Positions 35,745 through 47,560 of a stretch of 64,000 nt of DNA are shown in pieces. The notes under the pieces are model-generated. The model did not search any database. It was given only the letters and a program-made list of their open reading frames with translations, and was not told the origin of the DNA. Origin of the DNA: Camelus dromedarius. Its lineage: Eukaryota. Within the stretch, counting starts at the first letter, position 1; each line of letters starts with the position of its first letter. A program made the position numbers and the translations under genes. The DNA is taken from contig NC_087465.1 in NCBI RefSeq assembly GCF_036321535.1, positions 620,001 to 684,000 of the forward strand. Direction: 5' to 3'.

Positions 35745-36770
35745 CGTAAATGTTTTATTTTAGAAAAATTCAGCTTTAAATTCACAGAAAAAGCCGGACA
35801 TAATCCTGTCTGCTCTGCACCCAGCCCCCCATTCACACTGTCACAGCACCGACTCTGGATCCAGGCTTCGTTGAGGTCCCTCAGCTTCTGCCCGAGGCCC
35901 TCCGGTGAGAGCACCCGTCCCGCATGGTCCCCCCTGCCCCTTTGTGCCCCTGGGTCTGTGACGTCCTCAGACGGCCCTTGTTTTGGTGGCGCCGACAGTC
36001 TGGGGAGGGCCGGCCGGGTGCCTTGCAGCGTGTCCCTCTTCTTGGGTTTGTCAGACGCCTTTCTCATGACTGGACGGGGGCTGCGGGCCTTCCCGTCCCG
36101 TCCCCTCGAAGGCACACGCTGTGTGAGGCTTGACTTTTATTCTCCTGACAACGTATTTTGCAGAGAAAACGTTTTTAATGTTGATAAAGTCCAATTTCTA
36201 ACATGTTCTCTCACTAATCACCTTGCGGCCCCGCTGGCTCTGTCCCGTGTGTGTTAGGTTGAGGGTCTTCCACGAGGTCTGTGAGCGTCTGGGGCTGCGT
36301 GTCCCCTTGATGAGCCAGGGCCTCAGGAGCTGCCTTTGACGTCTCCCGTCACGCGGGCTGGCTCAGCTCCTGTAGGTCTTAAAACTCATCGTTCAGCCTG
36401 TGTTTTGAAAGATCGCCCTCCCCTCCCCTGAACAGAGTTCTCCGCCGGCCGGTTTCCGTCTGTGTCGCTGTGTTAAGCGTGCTGCTCCTCTGCCGCAGGC
36501 TCGCGTTGTCAGGGTCCTGCTTCCGGGCTTCTCCTTGGTCCTCTGCGTAGTACGCCTTTTTCCCTTTCTGGGTGTTTAAAGATTTCCCCTTTATCGCTGG
36601 TTCTCAGCGCCTTGCCGACAGCGTCCTTGGTTCAGTTTCTTGCTTTTCTTGCTTAGGTTTTGTTGTGCTTCTTGAACCTGTATGTTTATAGTTTTCATCA
36701 AATTTGGAAAAATTTCAGATACTTCTTCAAATATTTTGTCTCTTCCCATTTTCTTCTCTTAGAACTGCTG
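35745..36770 (-). mobile_element. Composite old L1 remnant (3' UTR plus internal pieces), GC-enriched
   Basis: It starts with ttttatttttagaaaaattcagctttaaattcacagaaaaag, an L1MB/MC-type terminus. Further L1 matches include tgtccctcttcttgggtttgtcagacgcctttctcatgact, tttttaatgttgataaagtccaattt (~36170) and ttcatcaaatttggaaaaatttcagatacttcttcaaatatttt (~36695-36738). Confidence 0.75.
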
Positions 36771-36830
36771 AGCAGAAGCCGTCCCACACTCAGTGTGGGC
36801 AATCCCGGGCCTTTTATTTCTTTTTAAATT

Positions 36831-36916
36831 TTTTAAAGTGGAGGGACTGGGGCTTGAACCCAGGACCTCGTCCATACTAGGCATGCGCTCTACTGCTCGG
36901 CTACCTCCCCCCCCCC
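36831..36916 (-). mobile_element. Camelid tRNA-Ala-derived SINE, short form
   Basis: gagggactggggcttgaacccaggacctcgtccatactaggcatgcgctctactgctcggctacctcccc is the antisense SINE head. A possible TSD ttaaatt lies at 36824-36830 and 36917-36923. Confidence 0.85.
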
Positions 36917-36970
36917 TTAAATTCAGGGGACGTGGCACCTGCTGCATGACCTCCTGGCTCCGTGTGAGCC

Positions 36971-36998
36971 GCCGTCCTGCCGTCCTGCCGTCCTGCCG
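36971..36998. repeat. 8-bp tandem repeat (gccgtcct)x3.5
   Basis: Read directly from the sequence. Confidence 0.85.
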
Positions 36999-39341
36999 GA
37001 GGAAACGCTCTCTCCGCCTGGGGCTGGGAGGCAGCCCAGGGGAGGCTGAGTGACTGCGCCTGCTGGCTTTGGTGAGGCGGAGGGGGCCTGTCCGCGTTTC
37101 CCTGCCGTCTCCTGGAACGCCGCTCTTACTTAGCTGCGTGATTTCAGAAACGGAATATCCCACGTAAAATTAAAGTCTTTTTTTCATTTAAAAATATTAC
37201 ATTTAGAACCCCTAGCATTCTGTCTGTGATTTCTAAATATTATTCCCCAATAAAAGAGACCAGAGATTCTTAGGGGATTGGCTGATTCCAGGTCTGGGGC
37301 AGGAAGTGTACAAGGCAAGGCCAGAGCATCTGGTCACTGAAGAAGTCAAAGCGCAGCGGGGTGTGCTGGGCCGTGTCGAAGAGGACGCAGGGCGCACCCT
37401 GAAGGTGGGCAGGTCGTGGGTCCTCCCGCTCACAGCTGTAACAGGTTGAGGTATCGGATACGGCTCACGCCTCCCCCGAGACAGGCCTTTCTGTGCAGGA
37501 AACGTCACAAGTGCGCACACACACCGAGGATCAGGAGTCACTGGAATCCGTCCACGTCACCGACCCACCGACTCCTTTTTCATAAAATGCGATTACTGTG
37601 CAGCAGAGCCTTCCTATCGAACGGCGCTAACACTTCCACTAAAGAAACCACCGAAGGAGAAGGAAATCTGCAGCTGAAGCCCTGGCAGTGCGACCGGGAG
37701 CCTCGCGTAAAGCACTACACTTCTCCTCACGTAGCCCGCGATTTTTATTACATTCCGATGGATGGTTTACAAGTTGGAGTCAGGTAAGTAACCTAAACAG
37801 TTAAACAGTTAGGTAACCAAAAAACCCAGTTGTCTACTGTCTTTATGTTTTTGCAGTAAGATTTTCTGTACTTAAGCCTGAAGTCAGAATTCGAATGCTT
37901 GTCCACAAAGTGTTAGCAAGTTCAGTTTCAGAGGGATTTTTTTGGCCACAAAATGATCACTTTTATGCACTTGGCAGCTGGCTTGTCGATGCACACTTGG
38001 GAAAGGGAGCAGCGTGACCCCTGGGCCAAGCAGACTCATTCAGTCACGATCCGCCGCTCCCAGCCCCGCCCACACATCTTGCCCAGCGTCTTCCTCTTTG
38101 TCTCCTGTGGTTTATTACTTCATTCTGATCCTGACGTCATAGTGAGTCTGACAGCTGAGTGTTCCCGTGTGCAAAACGGAAAGCCTGCCTCTCGGCCAGT
38201 GGCCTCATAACTCTCTCTCTGCTATGCTTGCTGTCAACTGCGGTGAAGGACACCAGAGACGTGCTTTCATTCACATCCCAGAGACCCCAGGAGGGTGACT
38301 GTGGGCAGCCGGTGCCCTTTGGGTGTCTGCGATTCCCCCCACCGGGCCCTGGGTTTGCACAGCATGTGCATCAAGGCCCATGGACAACCTGAGTGATGCT
38401 CTCTGGGTGGACAGCTGTCCTTCCAGGGGCGTGTCCTGGGCCGTGACGCAGGGGACTTAGAGTTCTGGTGACTCTGTGCGAGGAAAGTGACATCACAACA
38501 TTGTGGGAAGGGGTAACGCCACACTGGGAGGCTGCCGCTTTTCTGGTTAAAGCTGGCGAATGCTTTGGGCGTCCGAGTCCAGGCAGGGGAGGGCGGCTTT
38601 CGGAACCAGATCTGGGTCGACCTTGACCTCCTCCCCGTCCGGGCCCCCTGTGTGGCCCTCTGTTGCACTGTCACTCACCAGCATACCAGGAAGACGCACA
38701 GCGTCTCAGATGCTCAGGAGCAGTGACTTTGGACGGCTCTCTTGTTCTGGGGGAGGGACAACAGTCAGTGAGGCCCAGGCTGCTTCTGAGGCTGTTCTGG
38801 GAGGGGGGAGGACGGAGCTGTAGGAGACACTGAGCACGGGACACGTGTCCCAGTGATGCCTCTCGCCCCTGCCCGACGTGGGGGCAGCTTCTGGAAAGAG
38901 GCGCTGAAGCTGACGTCCCCAAGCTGGTGGCCCTCAGGGTGCAGGGCTCAGACCCACACTGGCCTCACCACCCAAGCACTGTCCCCAGCAACAAGCAAGA
39001 CGGTTTTTCAAGAACGACAGCCAACTGTCCACTCAGGCTGGGGACGTTCCTGTGCCACCAGCAGGACACAGCACTGCCCGCCTGGGCCCCTCCCCCGTGG
39101 GGTTCCCACAGGGCGTCCCGGGTGCCCCCCACTGCTGCCACCTCCACACTCCCGGGTCCCCAGAGCCCCGCCTTGGCCAACCGCACGGATCCCAGACTGT
39201 TTCTTCTTCGACAAAGGACAGAAATGCACGACATGCATGTATGTCGAGACCCCTTCACGGGTTTTCTGCTGAAACCCAGACGAGGCTCATTTTCAGAACT
39301 CGGAATGACTTCAGTGCTGGGCTCCTGGGTCCATGTCTTCC

Positions 39342-39368
39342 ACCTCCGACCTCCGACCTCTGACCTCC
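39342..39368. repeat. 7-bp tandem repeat (acctccg)x~4
   Basis: acctccg acctccg acctctg acctcc. Confidence 0.75.
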
Positions 39369-42069
39369 AACGGGCTGCCTTCTGACTGAGGAGGAGGTAT
39401 GAACGTACCTGGACCAGGGGTTACTTTCCCTCCTTCCCCCCCTCAACCATTCAGCTTTGGAGGCAAACTTTGGGTGTGATGGAGGATGGTGGAGGCTGGG
39501 GGCTCGGGTTCCAGCGCCCTTTGTCTGAGAGGCTTGTCTTCCGGCCCTTTCTTTCTGCACCCAGCTCCTTGGAGAGTGTCCCCACTGTCACTGGAGGAGC
39601 GATGCCCAGAGCTGGTTACAGAGCGCGGCCGCTTCCAGTGAGTCCGTCCCAGCCTCTCGGGCAGGGAGACGCGTCCTTCCCGGGGCTCATATCAATCAGC
39701 TCATCTTGCAGAGGCTGGACTGTGACGGCCAGGTTGTGACATGTTGTGCGTGGGGTCAGCGGGTCTTCTCCGTGCAGCTCAGAGTCCGTGCAAATGTTCC
39801 AGCGCCCACTATCAAGACAAGATGGGTTTGGAAAGGCAGGGCCGGGGCATTTAGGGTTTAGATTCAAATCCTGTGTCTCAGGGGTAACCTCGCCCCCCCA
39901 GATCAGAAGGAGGTGGCCCCCAGGTCCCCTGTGTGTCTCAGGGGCTGGCAGGTCCACATCTCCTCCTCCAGGCCACCCTAGATGCGGCCACGCCAGTCAG
40001 CACGTTGGGCGGGAGGGCCGAAGGGGCCTCCGCGTCTCTCTCTGGGTGAGTGGCCGTGGGGCTGGAAGAGTGGTTTGTGGACTGGATGGTGGGGACGCTC
40101 CCCGGCGCCTCAGGTGGGTTTCCGTGGGCCGGAGCGGGGCCGGGTCATTGCCTCAGTTTCTCGTTTGGCTCCAGTGCAGACAGAGCTGGTGTAACGTGGG
40201 TTTGGAGTCAGGGTGTCTAGAAATGGGCAGCCTTCACTCGAGACAGTCCTGTGGGGCCGCTGTCACTCGGGGTCCGGCTGTCTCGGGTGCCAGATGGGGT
40301 CCTTCCTGACGCAGAGGCCCCCCCGGGGGGAGCAGCCCCCACAGCACCCCTGCGCCCCAGCTCCGCCCGGTTAGGTGGTGGCAGTGTTTTCATGGGAAAG
40401 AACTACCATTTGCTCCGTTACTTTAATTTTTTCTCACGTTCAGCACAGTGACTATATTAGCTTCCGATCTGACTGTTTGCGAAGTGTTTTCTGCTTTCCT
40501 CCAAGGGAGAGTGTGTCCCAGTGGGCAGTGAGGTGCTTCCTCGTCATGTCACCTTTCTCTTGAGAAGAGAGTCTGTGGGTTTTTTTTATTATTTGCTCAC
40601 TCAGGCAGCTTGAAGTCTTTACTCCTCTCCTCCGTCCTCCACAGCGAAGGCTGGCAGGCCACAGGGCCAAGGGACATAACCCTTTTAACATCACATTTCT
40701 GAGTGTTTTTCCCTGGACTTAAAAAATCTTAGGGCTGTTTACTCTTCATGGGTTGATGGCCAAACAGTTCTTTAAAATCATAGCATTTGCTTCCTGTCCT
40801 CAAGGGTCATGTGAAATCAACTACTCAAATATAGACCAGTTGCAAAACACGGGCTTAAATTAGACGGCTCCGGCTGCAGGGACAGTCCTGCCCCAGGGAA
40901 GATGTCCCAGCCGTGGGGGCTGCGGATCCCGGGTGCAGGATCCCGGACCCTAACCCTCCCCAGCTCGGGTCTTGGCTCTGAGGCCCCAGCCGACCCACCT
41001 GCCAGGCCTGGGGTTTCCCTGGCAGGTGGGTGAATGCCCACCCTCCTTCCTTCGCTGTTGTCCAGTCCCCAAGGAGGGACAGAAAGTGGATGCCCCCCAT
41101 GTATTTCCTGTGACACGGCCCCTCCCTGGGCCGGAAGAATCTCAGGGGCCCCCTCTGTGGTGCAGACTGGACTCGGTTTAGTTGCATTGGGCTCCCTTGC
41201 ACGCAGGCTCAGAAACGGCTCCGAGCACGATAGCTGAGTTAGTTCCTGAGCTGGCGGTGCAGCCAGGTCTTGGCTTCCCACGCCAGGTTCATTGTTGGCG
41301 GAAAGTCCTGGGCCGTGAGGCTGCCGGTACCCCCGCACCTGTGTTCTGAGGGCTGCACGCCCAGAGAGGCTCTCTCCCCGCACCGTCTTGCAGATGTGGA
41401 CCCGTAACCTGAGCCAGAGGGAGGAGCCGGCCTCCCCGGGACACCGGCCAGAGGACGGTGTGCATCCTCCTGTCCGCCTCCGCCCCGGCGCAGCGTGCAG
41501 GCCTTTGCACAGTCCGGCCGGCAGCTCGCACCTGGACGGACGGCCCTGGGAGGGTGCGGAGGAGAGTGGGGACCTGGCGCCCCTCATCACTGCCGAGCAG
41601 TCAGTTTCCCTGGAAACCTGCCCCTGTTGGGCCAGATGAGCTGTCGCAGCCTTTCACTGATGCGCACAGCTTCTCCCCTGTTTACTCAGCACCCGCCTGC
41701 CGGTCAGATCCTGTCAGATCCAGTGGTTCATGGGTTGTCTGCCACCCCGGGTCCCTCCCGCTCAGGTGCCTCACTGAAAGAAATAACTGGAAAATTCTCA
41801 GGGATGGGCAGGTGGACCAACCCCAAGGGCTGAGGGGAAGAAGACGGTGCCGTCCAGGCCGGAACTGGGGGCGGGAGAGCCTCCCTGCCTCCCGGGGCCG
41901 CTTTCTCCTAACAGCTGGGGAGGGAAGGGAGCAATTAGCATCTGAAAGGAGAAGCTGCCTCTGCTGCGTTTACCCAGCTAAGCCGGTGCAGCACACAAGG
42001 AGTGCACGTGCTTGGAAGGAGAAAAGATGCTTGTAAATACAGTGGCGTCACTGAAATTAAGGTCTGGCA

Positions 42070-42210
42070 GCGTTTCTATTACAAGCTCCCACCATCAGGG
42101 GCTTAAAACTCTGCTGTGAGAACTCCAGGCCACAGCTCGGCATCCAGGTCCTTCTGGGACCCGAGCCCCTTCCTCCGGGTCGCCCGCACCCAGACCCCGT
42201 TGGCACCCTG
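42070..42210. mobile_element. Possible MaLR (MLT1) LTR fragment
   Basis: ctattacaagctccccaccatcaggggcttaaaac loosely resembles the MLT1 terminus (ctataacaaattaccacaaacttagtggcttaaaac). Weak match. Confidence 0.3.
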
Positions 42211-45200
42211 GGAGCCAGAGGGCAGGCCCAGCGCCCTCGGGCAGGGAGGGGGCCCCTGGCCGCAGGATGGGGAGCCCCGTGGGCAGCTCTTTTCTGGGTG
42301 TGATGCTTGCTTTGCACACGTCGCTTTCTCAGTGTCATCAGGGACTCCAGGACCAGTGACTGAGGTCCAGACATCACTGGAGACTGGCGTATGTTCAGGA
42401 AAGTGCAATCAGCATCACGCACTAAGGTGTGAGGGCGGAACATTTTCACAGCCAGCTTCTTTGCGGCCCGTCCTCAGCGAGGCTGCTGCCCCAAGAGGCT
42501 GTGTCCCCAGAGACAGCGCGATGCTTTAGCTTTGATCCAGAAAATGAATGATCCATCGAAACAAGACTGGTGAGCAAACTCGGTGCAGGGGCTCAGGAAG
42601 ACAGTGGGGCACAAGCAGGGCGTCCCGGAAACAACCTGCTGGCAATCTTGGGCCAACAGACAACCTTGGAGGGAGAGCTTCCCCTCGTTTAATGAGAGTG
42701 GCGTGCGGGGAAGCTGACCAGCAAACGCTCTGTCTTTGAGGATGAACCTGCATGAGCAAACCCAGGCTGGTGGGGCTCTAGGACTAGCCCCTCTCAGGGG
42801 AGGGGCTCCCGAGGCCCCCAGGGACCCACGTGGCCCCTGAGGTTGTGCGAGGGGCTGGGTCTTCTAGGGCCGTCGCATCTGGTTGGGTCAGTCACCTCTG
42901 CTCTGTCATCACTGTCACCCACATCTGGTACCTTCCTTCCCCAGACACTAATGGGCCCTTTCCCTGCAGAAGCAGGCTGTCCCCAGAGACATCCCGAACA
43001 GTGAAGGAGGAAGAAAGATTCTTAAGACAGTGGATCAGGAGGCTTAACAGAGCCTGGAAGATGTGCCAAGAAGCTTGTAGGGCTTTTAAATTAAAAAAAG
43101 AAAGAAAGTGACAATGGGTTGAAGGTCACGTCGAACCTGATGCTCTGTGGGAGCGGCCGGACCCCCAGCTCAGCTGTCATCGTCGGTGGTCACGGGCGGG
43201 TCTGAAGTCCGGAAAACACCTTTCCTCAGTCCTCAGTCGTGGGTCGTGCTGGCCTTGAACAAGTGTCAGCTCAGGGTCACCACGTCCGTCACTTCTGAAC
43301 CAGTGAGTTCAGTCTTATCGAGGGAAGGTGACAAGCCCCTGACCTCGTGTTCAGTTTTGTCAAAACCAGGGCTTAGCTGAGCTGCAGCGGACGGACCAAA
43401 CTCCCCGAGGAAGAAAGTCCCTGTGAAAAGCGGCCCTTCGGCCTTGGCTGAGTCCAGGGCCACGAAAGGGAGAAGCAGAGTCCGGCCGCCTCTCCCACAG
43501 CTTGGCCTCCTCGTGGGCCCCGGCCGCCTTTCCCACAGCTCGGCCTCAGGGTGGGTCCCAGGACGTGGCGAGGGCCAGAGGCTCTATTTCCATTTCACAT
43601 CCCCTTCTCCCAAGTGGCCTGCATGGGGCGTGCCCACCAGGGAGGCTCCAAATGTCAGTAGTAAAGTTCGAAGTCCCCTCCGGGGGTGGGGCGGAACGGC
43701 CACACGCGACAAGCATTTTAAAGGAGAACCAAGTGCAGTGCAACGCGCCCTCACCTGATCGGGCCAGAGGCCTTCTGGAGCGCGGAGTCCCCGACGAGTG
43801 TCTGTCCAGGTTCGTTTCGGAGACAAGCGGACACGCCAAGGCAGCCCGGGGGTCCTGCCGGCCTCCTCCCGACCCCGCAGGGCTGCCCGCTGTCTCTTCT
43901 CTTGGACCTGCAGCCCTGGAGGGACCCACGGGCACCAGACCAGTAAAACACGTTGACCGTTACTTACGGGTGAGAACCACCAGCCGACAGGCAAGAAGGT
44001 GGCAGCCCTCGGCGGCCGCACGCTGGCCGGGCCCCTGCGCTTTGCACGGCTTTCGCTGCAGTGCTGTGGGCCTGGGACCTGAGGAGACCTAGCCGTGGGC
44101 AGAGCCTGGACAGGCCCACTGAAGAGGCGCAGACACGTGGAAACACACCATCGCTCCACTTACTTCATAATTTGTTCTGCGCTGAGAAGTTGGCGGCTCA
44201 TTCTTCATGAGTTTTCTTCAAGAGGGACACTTGAAATCTTTTATTTCATCTTTGAGTCTCCCAGATTTATATCAGCTCCTTGCAGCCAATGATAATGTTC
44301 TCCCAAATTAAACACAACACACATTACTCAGCGGAGCAGCCCGGAGCACACGGAGTTCCTTTTATGAGCGGGGGATTCGCGTTGCTTCCAAGTGATGCCT
44401 GAGTTGATTTTTTCTTGTGTTGAAGTTGCTGATTAAATTGTTTCGCTTGGTCATTATTTGTCCCCCCTTTCCCAGCTTTAATCCTGCAGTGTCCCAGGGC
44501 CTCTGGCCATCGGTGGTGGGAGGGAGCCCGAAGGATGGCTTTTGATTCATTTTTTCTTGGTAAACAGCCACGCTGAGGGTGGGCTGGGCAGGTTCCCCAC
44601 GGGCGCTGTTCCAGCCTGTGGACAAGCCTTTCCCTCCAGGTGGGATGACACCTGTCGGGGGGGGGGGGCGTCTCTCTGTCACATAGAAACGCCTGCCTTC
44701 GGGACTGGACGCGATTCCACAGGTTTCACGCTAGAGCCGGGGGCATGAGGAGAGGGCGGGTGGGAGGTCCTCGTGCTTGACCCAGAGGGTCCCTGTGGGT
44801 GCCAAGTTCCCAGAGCTCCCTTTTAAATTTCAATAATTCTCCGGCCTACGACATAACACAGCCGCGTGTTACTTAACTAAGGACTGGCCAGGGATTCGGT
44901 AACGAAGGGGCCCTGTCCTGGGACGGCACGCCCTGCCTGGCGGAGCCCCACCTGGGTCCCAGGGGCACGTCAGCTGCTCGAGACCCCAGCTTATGAGACG
45001 CAGGTGCAGCCCCGGCTGGGCGGGCGCGGCTCCAGCTCTGGGCCCTGTCCCCCGTCCGGAGACTCGGCCGCGCTGGTCCCGGAAGAGCACCCGGCCCCGC
45101 CCCCGACCTGCTCCACCTTGGAGATAAAAACAAAAGATGTTCAATTGTTTGTCCTCCTGATGAGGCTTTTCTGAGTCCTGTTCCAATACTAGAATTGGAA

Positions 45201-45819
45201 ATTTTCAGTTCAATGTTTTTTTCCAAAAGAGCAAATACAGCTTTCTTACCCTAGGGTCCCAGGAGAGCATAACTATTCGATAGTTTGAAGACATCACCAC
45301 TGTTACATTAGTGATGATGGGAAAGCACACTTTTCTCACAAGATCACAAAAGTTGGGAAAGGGCCAAGTACCTGTTAACTGAGAAAGGAAGTGCACCCCA
45401 GGGCTCCCTCCGCCCTCAGTGGTGCTTTCCGCACGACCCCCAGTGCCGGTCCTGCCTAGTAAGGGCTCGTGGTCAAGTCCAGGACGGAAGAGGTGATGCC
45501 CTGGCTGTGGCTTTCTCCCCACCACCGACTGTCAGCGGCCAGGCGGCGGCCCCGGGCAGTGAACAATGAAATAGGAAATGGTCTGCGGCAGATACCCCCT
45601 TCCCTGCTGTGTTCTGGCCACACTGGCCCGGTCAGGATGGAGACACTCAGATGCACACGGCATGTGATCTGAAACGCTCCAAGTCTGTCCCCGGAGGGCC
45701 GTAAAAATGAATTCTTGTTTCCCTCCACGTTTTAAAAATGGGTAACAGAATTTAAAACAAAACAACTACCCTCAAATATACACAAGTCATCCACCCACAA
45801 GTTGAAAACCCCGTAAAAT

Positions 45820-45910
45820 TTTCTACATTTAAAAACTTTCATGTCAAATATTAAGTTCTGAAGACAGAAGGATAACAAAATGGCTCAGACTTGGAGAAAG
45901 CTTGCACAAA
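45820..45910 (+). mobile_element. Old L1 ORF2 3' fragment, sense orientation
   Basis: atttaaaaactttcatgtcaaa...ggctcagacttggagaaagcttgca resembles the L1 segment attaaaaacttctg...gccacagactgggagaagatatttgca. Confidence 0.45.
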
Positions 45911-47546
45911 CACCCAGCACATCGTGGGCGTGGGAGGTTCGGGGTGAGGACCCGTGGTGTCCCGTGGGTAGCGACTTGCTCAGTGGCTGCAGTCGGGGTG
46001 CAGGTGACCTGGGGTGTGTGGGGAGGCCCAGCGCAGCCACATGAGGCTCATGCACTTGAACCGCGTCGTCGTCTTCCAGCCCTGGCCTCCCTAAGCCCTC
46101 CTTCCTCACGGGGCCTGGACGTGCTCACGGGGGCTGGGAGCCCCCCGAGTCTCGCGTGGGGGTCTCTGGGGACGTGTGCTGAGAACTGTCACGGGTGTGC
46201 TCCTCTCTGCCGTCTGACGTATCGCATCTCCGCGTGATGGCCACAGGCTGGGGGATGTCTTTTCTGAATGACTCGCTTTCTCTGGGTCAGAAGCCTCCTT
46301 GCGTCCTTAAATATGCCAGAGACGTTAAACGCAGGTCTTACGTGCATAGTTAAACGCACGCAGCGAGCAGAGCTTCTAACAGCGCGCACACAAGTTCCGT
46401 GTTTCCTGCTCCCAGGTGTTGGAGCCTGCTCGGGGTTCTAGAGTCTCGCTCGGCGCTGACCGGGACCTGCTGCGGACACGCACCGCGGGGGGGAGGGGGG
46501 GAGGAGCACCGCGGACGCTCAGGCCCTCATCTCGCCAGCAGCAGCCGAGGCCTCGCCCCGCCTTCTGTCGTCTGGGAGCAGAGAAGTGGAGAAGTGGAAA
46601 CAAGCCGAGGAGCTTTCCCTCTTCCTGGCTGACCCCGCCCTCTGCGTCTCTGAAATTCTGTGGAGCCAATCCTGCGACTGAACCTCCTAACTGAATCCCA
46701 GCATAAGATCTAAAAAGATTGTTCGTCACCTTTGTTGAAAGTGGCAGAGGTGCTGGGTTCACAGGCCTTAGGCCTTCACATTCTTAGAACATCGTCCACG
46801 TTTCCTAAACGCTCCCGTGGAAGAGCGGTTTGGAGCTCGGGGCGGGTTACTCCACGGGGGGTGTCAGGGGTCTTCAGACCGGAGGACTAGGGGGACGGTC
46901 GGCGGGCAAGACAGCGAATGGAAGACGACGGAGTAGATCTAAGCAAAAAAGACCTTGAACACCCAGAAATAAAACAAAGCAGTGACAAGAAAATTATATT
47001 TGATCTGCATGAAATTTTATACTATGAATTTTTTCTAGTCAATCGAACATCAGACATTCTTTATGCCAAGAAAGATGAACATTCTCTGATTTTTTAAAAA
47101 CAGATTTTCCGCTCCCTTGATGCATGTGCTCCATGCTGCAGGGACTGGCGTCTTATTAAACGTTGGGTGGTGGTAAGATCAGGTCCCAGTTGTAGGGCTG
47201 GGGCCTGGGGTCTGCAGAGACTGTGGATGGGGAGCAGGGAGGGGTGGGCGGGCTCACCTCACACTCACCTTTAGCCCCAGATTAGAAGACCTGCTGGGAA
47301 TGAGAAACACAGTCTCCCTGCGAGCTTCAACGCAAGCACGTCCACTCGGATCATGAGCTCAGGAGGGTGCCGTGACCTTGGCTGACAAAACGACGGGCTG
47401 AGACTCAGGCCTGGGCCTCACGGTCTCAAAACCACAGCCCCCAGGAGACGGGCACCCCAGGCCGGAGGGCGGGGCGCGCCTTCCTGTGAGCCCTGCTGGC
47501 GCGTCAGCGCTGCTGACCAGGGGGCTACGTGTGGACATTTTGGTTA

Positions 47547-47560
47547 GTTTCCATGGTAAC
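47547..47560. promoter_or_regulatory. RFX X-box motif
   Basis: GTTTCCATGGTAAC is one base from the perfect palindrome GTTACCATGGTAAC. Sequence match only; function is untested. Confidence 0.5.

Noticed and set aside
38132-38139. Full CRE palindrome TGACGTCA
   Set aside because: About one such 8-mer is expected by chance in this window, and there is no supporting context.
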